DNA of 64,000 nucleotides from an uncultured Verrucomicrobiae bacterium (GTDB lineage Bacteria; Chlamydiota; Chlamydiia; Chlamydiales; Rhabdochlamydiaceae): NCBI GenBank assembly GCA_963806855.1, contig CAWDYW010000003.1, positions 704,001 to 768,000 of the forward strand, read 5' to 3'. Shown piece by piece: positions 57,701 to 64,000 of this stretch (position 1 is its first letter; each line of letters starts with the position of its first letter). The notes under the pieces were generated by a model. It saw only the letters and a program-made list of their open reading frames with translations, ran no database searches and was not told where the DNA came from. The position numbers and the translations under genes were made by a program.

Positions 57701-59524
57701 ATAAGTCTCACCCTCATGGATAAACTCTACAACGACGCTATGGCTGCCGGCGGGTGTCACCCACCCCGTGTGGAGGAAGAAACTGTCGCCCTTTTGCATC
57801 CCATCCAATTGGGCCCGGACTCCCTGGTGAAAAGTGGGTAGATCGCCCCGCATTAGCCTGGTCATGTGGGCAGCTGTGCGCAGGGAGTCGCGCAGCTTCT
57901 GGAATGCCTTGAGCTCTAAGTCTTCGACGATGGGGGAGCGCAGGGGGTTCTTTTCCATCGTCTCGACCCACTGCTCCGCCAGCATCAGGTTATAATCGAG
58001 CATCCCACGGGCGCTATTTCCCTCAAAGCCAGTCCCTTTGCCTGAGAAGGGGAGCACAAGATGTTGAAACAGACGGTTATCGATCGGAAGGGCTGACTTA
58101 ATCTCTAAAAAGCTCTTAAGCTGGACCAATTGCTCATCTAAATACTCCGAAGCGACAAAGCGCTCCTTTAACGCCTCGACCTCTCCTTCGGCTCGAGCTA
58201 TGTCAGCGACAACTGTGGGCAGCATGTCAAGATCAGTCAGAGACTTCTTGACATCAGGAACCTCTATCCTCGTGCTTAGACCTAATTTGTCCGCTTCCTC
58301 AACAAGCTTTTTCGCTTCGGAGCGCAACTTATCGGTTTTGATGGCCAAGACTTCCTTAGCTTCCTTGAGAATATACCCAGTTTGTTCAATCCACTTCCCT
58401 TGCTCCAATAACTCCGCGGTACCCCTGATCCCGCTCAAGGCCGCTAGTCCCAGAAAGCCGGCGCTAATCCAACGCTTGAGCGTTTCACTGGTCTCGGGAA
58501 CCGGGGCCAGGTTGCGCTGATGGAGAGCCAGGCGAGACTTTAGCCCTGACGATTGGGGAGGAGCGGCAAGGAACCTCTGACGCACATCTGCGGGAGGGTT
58601 TGCTTGTGGTAGGCCAGAAGTCTTAGAGATTTCTTCTTCAGCTTCCTCGAGACTGCGCCCGGGATACAAGAGAGTTTGCTCAATCGCTTTGACTTGTTTG
58701 TGGGCAAACTCGATCAATCCTGAAAGTCGATTTTTCTCTAAGATATTGGCGGTGTGTAGACTAGCTCTGCCGCGCTTCAGCTGGTCAGCAGCATCCTGAA
58801 GACACCCCTCTATCTGCTGCCAGTAGGCCTTGGCAAGGCGCATCCCTTCAATATCGTTGTCAAGCTTTGCTGCATCGAAGCGCATCCTGGCCTCTGTCAG
58901 TTCGGCTCCAAGCTGAGCACATAGCTGCTCATAAAAGTCGCTCGCGCTGTTTTCAATCATTTTAAGGTCGGTCTTCAGGAGCTTATCCATATCGTCGGCA
59001 TAGTGAGAAGGCTCCTTCAGGATAGCCGGAAGTGCACAAAGCCCCTCAAGCATAGCGGGAAAGTGGCCCACCTGGGGCAAGTCCCGGGAAGTTTCCATAA
59101 GACGGCGCTGCTGCTCCAAAGCCTCCCAACTGCCATCGATATTTTCGAATACCTCTCCATAGGCCCGCTGCAAGCCCATGAACACCGAAAGCTGTGCGAG
59201 ACGGGTAGCCACTTTGCCAATTCGGGCATCTATATTTGGCTGACGTTTTAGAGTCTCATAGAGCTGGCGCTGCCCTTCGAGAACCTCTGTCGATTCCTCA
59301 AGGCTAACCCCTCCAAACCGGACCCGCGATGTCAGAGAGGCCACAGACTCGTCTAGAGCCGAAATGGCCAATTTTTGTAACTTAGAAATGTCGTCAAGAT
59401 TTGCCGATCGAATTTTCGTTTCAATTTCGGCATAAATATCCATAGCGGTAGCAAAATCGCATTTGGCCATCGCATCATGGAATTCCTCAATTCTAAAATT
59501 AATATAATTGTCATTAATAGACAT
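48785..59524 (-). CDS. 3579-aa giant protein: Cys-protease-like module plus DUF3638-like SF2 helicase-like module
   Basis: Intact ORF; GW..H..YNQG..GHC; LREDQ..MGFGKT..DEVD..SGT..QAVWRLR; E/Q/T-rich tract. Confidence 0.85.
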   Translation of the reverse strand: MSINDNYINFRIEEFHDAMAKCDFATAMDIYAEIETKIRSANLDDISKLQKLAISALDESVASLTSRVRFGGVSLEESTEVLEGQRQLYETLKRQPNIDARIGKVATRLAQLSVFMGLQRAYGEVFENIDGSWEALEQQRRLMETSRDLPQVGHFPAMLEGLCALPAILKEPSHYADDMDKLLKTDLKMIENSASDFYEQLCAQLGAELTEARMRFDAAKLDNDIEGMRLAKAYWQQIEGCLQDAADQLKRGRASLHTANILEKNRLSGLIEFAHKQVKAIEQTLLYPGRSLEEAEEEISKTSGLPQANPPADVRQRFLAAPPQSSGLKSRLALHQRNLAPVPETSETLKRWISAGFLGLAALSGIRGTAELLEQGKWIEQTGYILKEAKEVLAIKTDKLRSEAKKLVEEADKLGLSTRIEVPDVKKSLTDLDMLPTVVADIARAEGEVEALKERFVASEYLDEQLVQLKSFLEIKSALPIDNRLFQHLVLPFSGKGTGFEGNSARGMLDYNLMLAEQWVETMEKNPLRSPIVEDLELKAFQKLRDSLRTAAHMTRLMRGDLPTFHQGVRAQLDGMQKGDSFFLHTGWVTPAGSHSVVVEFIHEGETYAVRVYNQGDGLEKHAHTESGSPAYLTFLEWENVDPEMIATPTFLGMLAALDRGEYGDRVGPTELYDVIMPMLEGRHSTRAYSDDNTQRSLSVGHCTQTSLEAVYHQHLRHTGRFDRFVMLTRVKALQGMVPLIPNAESRELVRMGLQQVAHDVIGASTMVFSDGERVYIQGLFDHVRASIDAADKADGKMVTRPTVDLNVPAKVLGRDIDVYVTNALAPPGVWGERSKRYDLPVNRLILAIRGYTPSPATIAEHVDSVFAGIDKYNAVADSKVLLTELIDRLPLELPADPAAPIPFWSEMSPADASRLLDILVQENWLYTRAIVASGSGAMSSVDTLAMLKVFTLADVLVQQLPVEDRVMLDHLLQPSLRLFLTNQMPNSELTSSSWQRQFVQLQNYWLERRRDEDPSGPSFFFTEGFAPGMYLQGQGIVYGAEPSYDEGDWEPWHNQVRGDKLTTPWRAFEWVKQWVKSNPNRVKEAFSGAPVMNDRRKTCLLLTDQSNRFLPKGFSALQDLSADLGILTRGSEDENIHKQPDDLLTLDDGRPILHVVDAPADQYGLTPPRLVFEYETTWRAPHIKDAKIDRMPSSLSRIQMGSLPKVNENRNALYLESIGSQLMGKLRKRTPPTERALYREEIAKLDIPAQLARRLEGCSSVKSLQIAETLALFNENRELLDRPDTSQLMGKLLLEPGLLEHHLCSSPAAAEATLTTLSTMFDEHYRLKDALGEVESAAGVLQLYDLVARIASDIIAREPNLPRIEFLDARAQWRRLLKQDLTPDQRSRYAADLAMSYAEATALGPEALEDILTSLMLFDMHPLRPNNPLWSNEQQERFSNLPKSLAGLLHKGLPDEDTHMLSRAIGRVLPGFTERPFTRNAYLSHIFTDATGDVEVNLLSGHVWMRQGLPRMLPHEVLSDAPIRSLAALHGLLWIEGAPGHFRCSTPQGELFILGDDHNRIKEVHWKRGEDLLLYTPWNGVASQEIDFLRESGSLWRDTDGKTAWVTAKENLTPLYRLDFWGNRIQAVHELDESGADTGRVLGRTPTAFALLDATDDKDEDITSKYIRTWVNGKSGLIENITMLRLGLEFNVHTVNGERRAYCPRFPGWYVPVGRNHVEALGKVKNSMLLYKDRQGGTVEKQVIIPGQLLQTGYWPLIPHLTPDASGDLTARTPVYRYGIDEENGKLLPLTAAAGALHLASYTLHQRDYSRAIELMHGPGIGIGKLDREQRNLIITLTKMPVTTKNHSPPSLAATMEAHYLLIRDAWHFGTRTQVGDIDIANPWERKWSQVQFAKDFQAYLKVADQMGIYALSPDKMSLLAAYADQLKEPVNFNQNNKDEALYYGELESAANKIGKVLSARAKDAHHSGGGWYRTTWVRPEDEYSGLEYNFHDVEEFSRDYLKKHEYIVQCKRRMDLADVEIEGETVLDLPLQQKEDKFLEWVYIDADFFNLYLKVRYPTPERLRELVVYLTGTEPLHDARAEAITALRAHRLSTNNVHQRVLWTLILSVLLEPNKWPASGREYIGKTMYPWELELSYQSPKDEGEGEEQKIDRAKVPQPLLAKQSQPTRFADAGFQLCTRLKPDVMELRQPMITNFEGAIEMRPMKQADRASRDLGLKRLEAIFDVTTQDPYLKGALGSAAEEVQAFRTTLEDDTLYAVKDGAEQTLETWSEELKNIAEHLQYDLEQAQHWVVELANQEPKDPLLRARLRQELEGKTLAPIDFNEVTTFLLTRDMEELHRRLPQLSPDEVHRLYDMTVEALKIGRLQRMAAFQKLLVDTLHAAVKRGEPAVEISRIGKILEAAHQYHPSYASDEIPEYLVYDYFMSKGDPAFRLREDQVAVLEKLPETQFHAHTDHLTGVLLEAIMGFGKTAVVSVLQAIQAADGEKVVAVSMPEVLLPSMSATLERLLGTGFGRAVEVVSFGRDSDVSAPALRHLLERLELIRTERRVMLISSGSVLSIALRFAEMCLSGNHITDEQLELMGKVVDTLRTSGAANLDEVDLLLDVLRAHLFTLGDKERMHKDLETASLSLFGLIATDPSLRELIRWPFIENGSTIPFSEENYEQHAKQKLIDAVVTGKVSPEDRPMQSFLAGLDETGRAHVRSYLNAKPPRPEALITLFSRLKPAERKALAAYIVDGQGPEPSLSAQEKDAVEDYRRGRTDPSYAFVEKIDNPHIKNLLATYKEQISSLFPLVLNKILGENFGAMPSKWRAEQPDMDFVAIPYHGSDNPAKKALHGTVTEILDYTIVMHLAQPISHEIIDKETAALKEALDKEKEGFVGSIDDLKSYQTFYHLNGNDHSYKLKATLAPADREKMAKHINEHPELKLELIQRHALPQVKRYAKQLGLSAQMVAYLFKTVKAYSGTVWNRETFPQMFHKFIPSDTQPRTLALLWENSPHTIRTLPEAPKGAAIGERITGLYEGFQGSFADLAGVFRDDSNYEVAKAIISQPQFEATRYKAIMFHNEEGREMVLRRHTETPVPLSMAGMDRDDVAGYWAQKYCTGVDWKLHPLEEAIVSVGRQTLMRDGLQAVWRLRGLAAGQKVRFVVSEEDKRVIAATLKRVFDIDVGDELKLEHFFVYAVTLEKERLRTDIPRALSESLRAHLIDKVFGAISGAKGPELRTLFQATAKLFVVEEPSSPWEQMGKTATEAPAEIVVRENIKQLIDSEPFQAFSTHPLLTAKYSVETLKGELYAIADTFYDKMPPTLQTPIGSRNNREVQLETETQKMTETNRKQEQQQQKEIQTEIQSPLYTERRPILELPQDRLLEAKTWQPVAIDTVTGETSPQNQMLRLSEIASPLFDSELLIDLNLAPMYERTSDKQAPYSPWNAYQDYASNVVVIDDGRAVRLALVSQDTAEQLQDHLPKQASGDVKVALVNLGSGVVTQGPQPVDLAALQHDEKYVRLTVQAKFFDGRVHYSKDELPRLEKWIRQHGFEPMQQLFERKILSNKGYSQQQYEVSSLRKLFARLEAEEQNKEF

Positions 59525-59530
59525 TGCTTA

Positions 59531-59559
59531 ATTATACAATAATTTTGAATTTTTGTAAA
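59531..59559 (-). promoter_or_regulatory. Promoter of the giant gene, leaderless geometry
   Basis: TTTACA-17-TATAAT-6 nt-ATG, no SD. Confidence 0.6.
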
Positions 59560-59592
59560 TTAGTTATTTACAAAATGTAAATTACTGAATAA

Positions 59593-60225
59593 TTACACAA
59601 GTAGTTCGGGATTAATAAGATAGGCAATTAATGCGATCGTAAACCCAATGGCAAAAGCAATCGCAATAGTGAGAACCAGAGCGATCAGCATGGAGCCCCA
59701 AAGCTTCCGTTTGGCGATCTTTTGCAAGCCTGATTCCTTCAAGTGGATCTCTTGCTGTGATTTGACAAATTGACTGAGGATCAAGGCAGGGAGCGTAATG
59801 GACATGAAAGCGGGGATATGATCGATCAGTTTCGTAGGAAGATAGAAGGGAGCTAGCATGACGGGCACAACAAGGCAGAGGGCGACTAAACACTCTTTCC
59901 AGCGGTTGTGATTGTCAACGGTTTTATAGTGCTCATGCATCAGATAGACCATTCCAACAAGACCCTGGGCTAAGGCGCCAATTGTTAGAAACGGCTTACT
60001 CCATTGATCAGCAAATACGCTTAAAAAGGCCATAAAAATGAAAAACACGATCGTGCTGATTAACCCGGTGCGGAGCGCTTTTTTTGCCAGTTGCGGATAG
60101 CCCATCGCCTTGTAATTCAGGCTGATCAGGTAAAATCCGCCCAGATAGCCCCCTAAGAGGGAAAACCAGATGGTCTGTTTGAATGTCACGATATTTAGAG
60201 GTTTTTCTGCTATTACTGTTTCCAT
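59593..60225 (-). CDS. Hypothetical membrane protein
   Basis: About six hydrophobic helices; AAGG RBS. Confidence 0.75.
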   Translation of the reverse strand: METVIAEKPLNIVTFKQTIWFSLLGGYLGGFYLISLNYKAMGYPQLAKKALRTGLISTIVFFIFMAFLSVFADQWSKPFLTIGALAQGLVGMVYLMHEHYKTVDNHNRWKECLVALCLVVPVMLAPFYLPTKLIDHIPAFMSITLPALILSQFVKSQQEIHLKESGLQKIAKRKLWGSMLIALVLTIAIAFAIGFTIALIAYLINPELLV

Positions 60226-60232
60226 ATTATCC

Positions 60233-61309
60233 TTATCCTATAAGTAAACCTGATTCGGTCGAGGAGCGATTGAGCCCCGGATTGATGTTAAGTTGTCTGC
60301 CCATGCGCTCGCCGAGAGCAGCCGACTGGGCGCAATGGGTGCCGCTTCGTCTTGTCGTAGTTAAATGGGGGTAGGCCATCGCTTTGGCCTCGACGAGTTT
60401 TTGCTGGATCACGATCAGGCCATTTTTCACTTCTCGGTTATACTCCCGTTTGAAGGCCTCGATCTTATTGCAGTACCCCTTCGCGAGCCCGAGGAAGAAC
60501 GAGTTTTTGGCGATCGCCCCTTTGAGATTGGCTTGGCCTTTGGCTTGAACCCATAGATTTTCGAGCTCCCGATCGAGGACAATGGCCACATACTCGGCGA
60601 TCTCCACATTGACCAGATCGCCGAGGATCTCGAGATAGATGGCATCTGTTGCTCGATGGAAGACGATGCTGACGAAAAAGGTCTCGAGAATTTTGCCGAT
60701 CGCCCGCATTTTGCTGCTTTCCCGTTTCTGCTTTAGAATACGCTTGAGACAGACTTTTTCATCGACAGAATGGAAGTCGAGATTGTGCTTGAGGAGCAGG
60801 GCTTGAGACTTGATCATCGCTTGCTCAGCCTCGTGCTCGTTGCTGCTCGTCGCCAGGGCCATCAGCTTTTGCACCCTACGCAAAATGGGGCTCTCTTCGG
60901 CCTCGGCAACCTGCTGCCCATCCTCGAGGCAGGTGGTCGCCCGATAGACCTCTTCGCCCCATCCAAATCGCTGGCAGAGGGCTCGGAATTCGGCGCCATG
61001 GGGCTGAATCGCCTCGCCGTGGATGATGAAGGCGAGGTAGTGGCCCAGTTCATGGCGGATCACATCGCCAAGTTGCTGTTTATGCATTAAACATTCATGG
61101 AAGCCGAGCTCGTAGAAATGAGGGTCGAAGTACCCGAGCATCTTTTTGTTGTTGTAGATGACGATATTGATCGGATAGGAGGCCCGCTGTTTCCAGTCGA
61201 GAAAGCGGTCTCGACCCACTTTTAAGCCGACCTCTTTGGATAAGACAGTTTTAATGGTCAGTTTGATCTTTTGAGTGAATTCAATAATTTTTTTTGAGTA
61301 GAGGATCAT
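60233..61309 (-). CDS. SprT-like HExxH domain plus DUF2786 protein
   Basis: HELGH..PHGAEF; RVQKLMALATSSNEHEAEQA..KSQALLLKHN. Confidence 0.85.
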   Translation of the reverse strand: MILYSKKIIEFTQKIKLTIKTVLSKEVGLKVGRDRFLDWKQRASYPINIVIYNNKKMLGYFDPHFYELGFHECLMHKQQLGDVIRHELGHYLAFIIHGEAIQPHGAEFRALCQRFGWGEEVYRATTCLEDGQQVAEAEESPILRRVQKLMALATSSNEHEAEQAMIKSQALLLKHNLDFHSVDEKVCLKRILKQKRESSKMRAIGKILETFFVSIVFHRATDAIYLEILGDLVNVEIAEYVAIVLDRELENLWVQAKGQANLKGAIAKNSFFLGLAKGYCNKIEAFKREYNREVKNGLIVIQQKLVEAKAMAYPHLTTTRRSGTHCAQSAALGERMGRQLNINPGLNRSSTESGLLIG

Positions 61310-61396
61310 TTGGGAGAATTCTATCAATTTTTCGGCCGATTGACAAGTATATCGAAAATTCTTAGGATCTCAAATTGGATAAACGAGGAGTGTCCT

Positions 61397-61732
61397 ATGA
61401 AAAAAAATCTTTTTTTGATCCCCACGCTATGTGTTTTGTGCTGTGCTTGTCAGCAAGCAACTCCGCCTAGTGAACCGGAACAGCAAAACAAATCGGAAGA
61501 ATCGTTAGAGGATTGGGAACTCACAGCGAATGTGAAAACAGCGATTATCACCGATAAGTCGCTCTCCGCCTCTGCACGATTAGTTTCTGTAAATTCCAAT
61601 AAAGGGATAGTAACTATAAGCGGAACTGTTCCTACCAAAGAGGATATGGACAGAATCTCTATGATTGTCAAAAAAATCCCCGGCGTTAAAAAAGTTATCA
61701 ATCAGATTACTGTTTCATCTGATCAGCAATAA
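61397..61732 (+). CDS. BON-domain lipoprotein
   Basis: GAGGAG RBS; lipobox-like LCCAC; LTANVK..GIVTISGTV..GVKKVINQI. Confidence 0.85.
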   Translation: MKKNLFLIPTLCVLCCACQQATPPSEPEQQNKSEESLEDWELTANVKTAIITDKSLSASARLVSVNSNKGIVTISGTVPTKEDMDRISMIVKKIPGVKKVINQITVSSDQQ

Positions 61733-61743
61733 TTCTTAAAAAT

Positions 61744-61767
61744 CTCGCCCACCTTAATGTGGGCGAG
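61744..61767. terminator. 9-bp hairpin after the BON gene
   Basis: CTCGCCCAC-cttaat-GTGGGCGAG; weak U-tract on +. Confidence 0.5.
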
Positions 61768-61806
61768 CATGTTGCTTTGCCGAAGCAGAAATGCTATCTT
61801 ATATAA

Positions 61807-63033
61807 ATGACCGCTCAACAGATCAGTGCTAAACGGCAGCTCATCACCATTCTTCTCATCGTCTTTTGCGGATTTTTGGGCATCTCCATGCCCTATTTGC
61901 TTTTTCCAGCCCTTTTTATCAACCCCGAGTTCTCCATTCTGCCGATTGATTGGAGCTCCTCTACCCGTGCTCTTCTCTTAGGCCTCACTTTGGCAGTCTA
62001 TCCCCTGGGACAATTCCTCGGCTCGCCCATTCTCGGGGCCCTCTCCGATGATTATGGACGCAAACCGCTCCTTTCGGGAAGCCTAATTATCGCCGCCTTT
62101 TGCAACCTCGTCACAGGGTTGGCGCTCGCCTCTGCAAATCTCACCCTGATCATCCTCAGTCGCTTTGCAGCGGGGATGATGGAGGGCAATGTGGCGATCG
62201 CGCGGGCCATGGCTGCCGACATCAAGTCGATGTCCAAGCACGATACTTTTGGCAAAATTAATGCTGCCATTTCGATCGCCTTCCTCATTGGCCCACTGAT
62301 CGGAGGTGTTTTGGCCGATGATCAAATTTTCTCGGGGGCGACGATTTCCACACCATTTTATGTGATCAGCGTCCTTTTTTTGACCTTGTCTGTCCTAGCG
62401 CTGACCATCCTGAAGGCCCATCCGGTACTTGCAAGTGCCAAAAAAGGGCTCGGCTCCTACTTCAATCTCTTCAAGAGAATGAACTTGCTATTCCAAAACA
62501 AACAGCTTCGATTCTTGATGATCGTCTCCACCTTTTTCACCTTAGCGATCGATATCTTCTACGAGTTTGGCCCCGTCTATCTGACCGCCAAGTGGACCCT
62601 GCGGCCTGTCGACCTCATCATCTACAACAGCATCCTCTGCGCCACCCTCGCGATCGGAAACGGATGGCTCGCCTCCTTCTTTTCCAAGCGCTACACCACC
62701 CCTCCGGGCGTCACTGGGGCGATCGGCGGGTTCTCCCTCTTTTTACTCAGCACCCTATTCACCAACCAGCCGTGGCTGATGCTCGTGCTCATTGGCGTTT
62801 GCGGTCTTTTCATTGGCCTTGGCGTCACACTGCTCACCGTTCGGATCTCCGATTCGGTCCCCGATACGACCCAAGGAGAGGTGCTCGGAGTGCAACTATC
62901 GCTTCGAGTGCTAGGGGATGCGGTGATCTGTATTCTGGGCGGGGTCTTGCTTCTTCTCTCATCAAAACTTATATTGGCGCTGGCGGCTGTCATTTCAGCG
63001 GTCACGATGGTCTACTATATTAGGAAGAGATAG
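61807..63033 (+). CDS. MFS transporter (TetA/DHA1-like)
   Basis: GALSDDYGRKP motif A, RFAAG, GPLIGG; about 12 TM. Confidence 0.9.
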   Translation: MTAQQISAKRQLITILLIVFCGFLGISMPYLLFPALFINPEFSILPIDWSSSTRALLLGLTLAVYPLGQFLGSPILGALSDDYGRKPLLSGSLIIAAFCNLVTGLALASANLTLIILSRFAAGMMEGNVAIARAMAADIKSMSKHDTFGKINAAISIAFLIGPLIGGVLADDQIFSGATISTPFYVISVLFLTLSVLALTILKAHPVLASAKKGLGSYFNLFKRMNLLFQNKQLRFLMIVSTFFTLAIDIFYEFGPVYLTAKWTLRPVDLIIYNSILCATLAIGNGWLASFFSKRYTTPPGVTGAIGGFSLFLLSTLFTNQPWLMLVLIGVCGLFIGLGVTLLTVRISDSVPDTTQGEVLGVQLSLRVLGDAVICILGGVLLLLSSKLILALAAVISAVTMVYYIRKR

Positions 63034-63034
63034 C

Positions 63035-63745
63035 ATGGAAACAGAGATGTATTTTTTTCTTGCAGATATCAGCGGGTATACAGCCTATATGCTCAAGAAC
63101 CAGATGGACTATGCCCATGGGACACTCATCATCAATGAGCTGATGCATACACTCGTAAAACAGGTAGAGCTGCCGATTGAGATCTCGAAATTAGAAGGCG
63201 ACGCCTTATTCCTTTATCTTCCTGCCGCCAAAGCGACCAAAAACATCAGCGAGAAGATTTTGGAATTTTTCGGAGCTTTTTCCACCAAGCTTCAGCAGCT
63301 GCAGAGCTCGACAGCGTGCGATTGCGGCGGCTGCTCCAACATCAATCAGCTCAACCTAAAAATGATCGCCCACTATGGGAAAGCCGCGATCAACAAAATC
63401 GGCTCATTCCAAGAGCTCGCGGGCGTCGACGTGATCCTGGCCCACCGCCTCTTAAAAAACCAACTCAAGGAAAAGCGCTATTTGCTCCTGACCCAGGCTG
63501 CCTATGAGAAGCTCACACTGCCTCCTGGCGCCAATGTGACTAAAGGTGAAGAAACCGATAAAGATCTCGGCATCATCCCCATCTATGTCTACTACCCTCC
63601 TCAAGACGTTCCGACCCCCAAGGCACCTGAGTTGACCGGCTGGCAAAAGTTCCGCTCCCACTGCAAACTTGGCCTCGGCCGATTCCTCTTGGATAAGGGC
63701 TTGAAGAAAACGGGTCCCTTCCATAATCTTCCACCAAAGACTTGA
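63035..63745 (+). CDS. DUF2652-family (cyclase-like) protein
   Basis: LADISGYT, KLEGDA, CDCGGC, LKMIAHYG, GVDVILAHRLLKN. Confidence 0.85.
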   Translation: METEMYFFLADISGYTAYMLKNQMDYAHGTLIINELMHTLVKQVELPIEISKLEGDALFLYLPAAKATKNISEKILEFFGAFSTKLQQLQSSTACDCGGCSNINQLNLKMIAHYGKAAINKIGSFQELAGVDVILAHRLLKNQLKEKRYLLLTQAAYEKLTLPPGANVTKGEETDKDLGIIPIYVYYPPQDVPTPKAPELTGWQKFRSHCKLGLGRFLLDKGLKKTGPFHNLPPKT

Positions 63746-63777
63746 ATTTAAATAAATTGTTCTAGTAAAATAGATGT

Positions 63778-64000
63778 ATGAAAGTTTCGGAAGTTTGCGT
63801 TAGTTATTTTAACGGATTTGGCGAGATATATAATTATAATAAAAACGACTATTCAATCAATTTTTTAGCGATGCTCAAAATCCTCTCCTATTTTTCTGTC
63901 GTGATCCCTTTAAGCTTTGCCACAGTCTATGGGATCACCCTCTGCGGGCGCGTCACTCCTTTGAGCACTGGGAATTACCTGCATGACGTATTCGCCGCCT
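63778..64000 (+). CDS. Hypothetical protein, N-terminal part (runs off window end)
   Basis: Own translation: MKVSEVCVSYFNGFGEIY...LAMLKILSYFSVVIPLSFATVYG..., open to 64000. Confidence 0.6.
   Translation, partial: MKVSEVCVSYFNGFGEIYNYNKNDYSINFLAMLKILSYFSVVIPLSFATVYGITLCGRVTPLSTGNYLHDVFAA

Noticed and set aside
48902..59251. Many 60-130-aa ORFs inside the giant gene (likewise within the ATPase, ispG and RecQ)
   Set aside because: Antisense or off-frame shadows with no motifs.
1..64000. tRNA, rRNA, prophage or integrase genes
   Set aside because: No cloverleaf or rRNA signatures, and no phage or tyrosine-recombinase motifs were seen on manual reading.

Overview
Accessory-rich chromosomal window, most likely from an environmental Chlamydiota genome. 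This is an inference from the long insertion-type IspG, a Cys-rich autotransporter, F-box/ankyrin, MORN and DUF4116 proteins, and near-consensus sigma66/70 promoters. No rRNA, tRNA or CRISPR array was seen. Main observations: (1) an integrase-free 5.8-kb cassette carrying a 1655-aa toxin/effector-like ORF, bracketed by 417-bp diverged direct repeats of a methyltransferase promoter and 5' end; (2) an ABC-F ATPase with a long linker, preceded by an M-R-K-stop uORF that pairs with the gene's RBS and start codon (candidate antibiotic-sensing attenuator); (3) an IS607-family tnpA/tnpB element whose exact insertion splits an HExxH peptidase gene; (4) a 3579-aa protein combining a His-Asn-Cys protease-like module with an SF2 helicase-like (DUF3638-like) module; (5) several unrelated 55-200-bp palindromic/MITE-like elements; (6) operator-like repeats upstream of two AAA ATPase genes; (7) many apparently leaderless genes. 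Small frame-breaking indels in unrelated genes may be consensus errors. All family calls are by motif recognition, without database searches.
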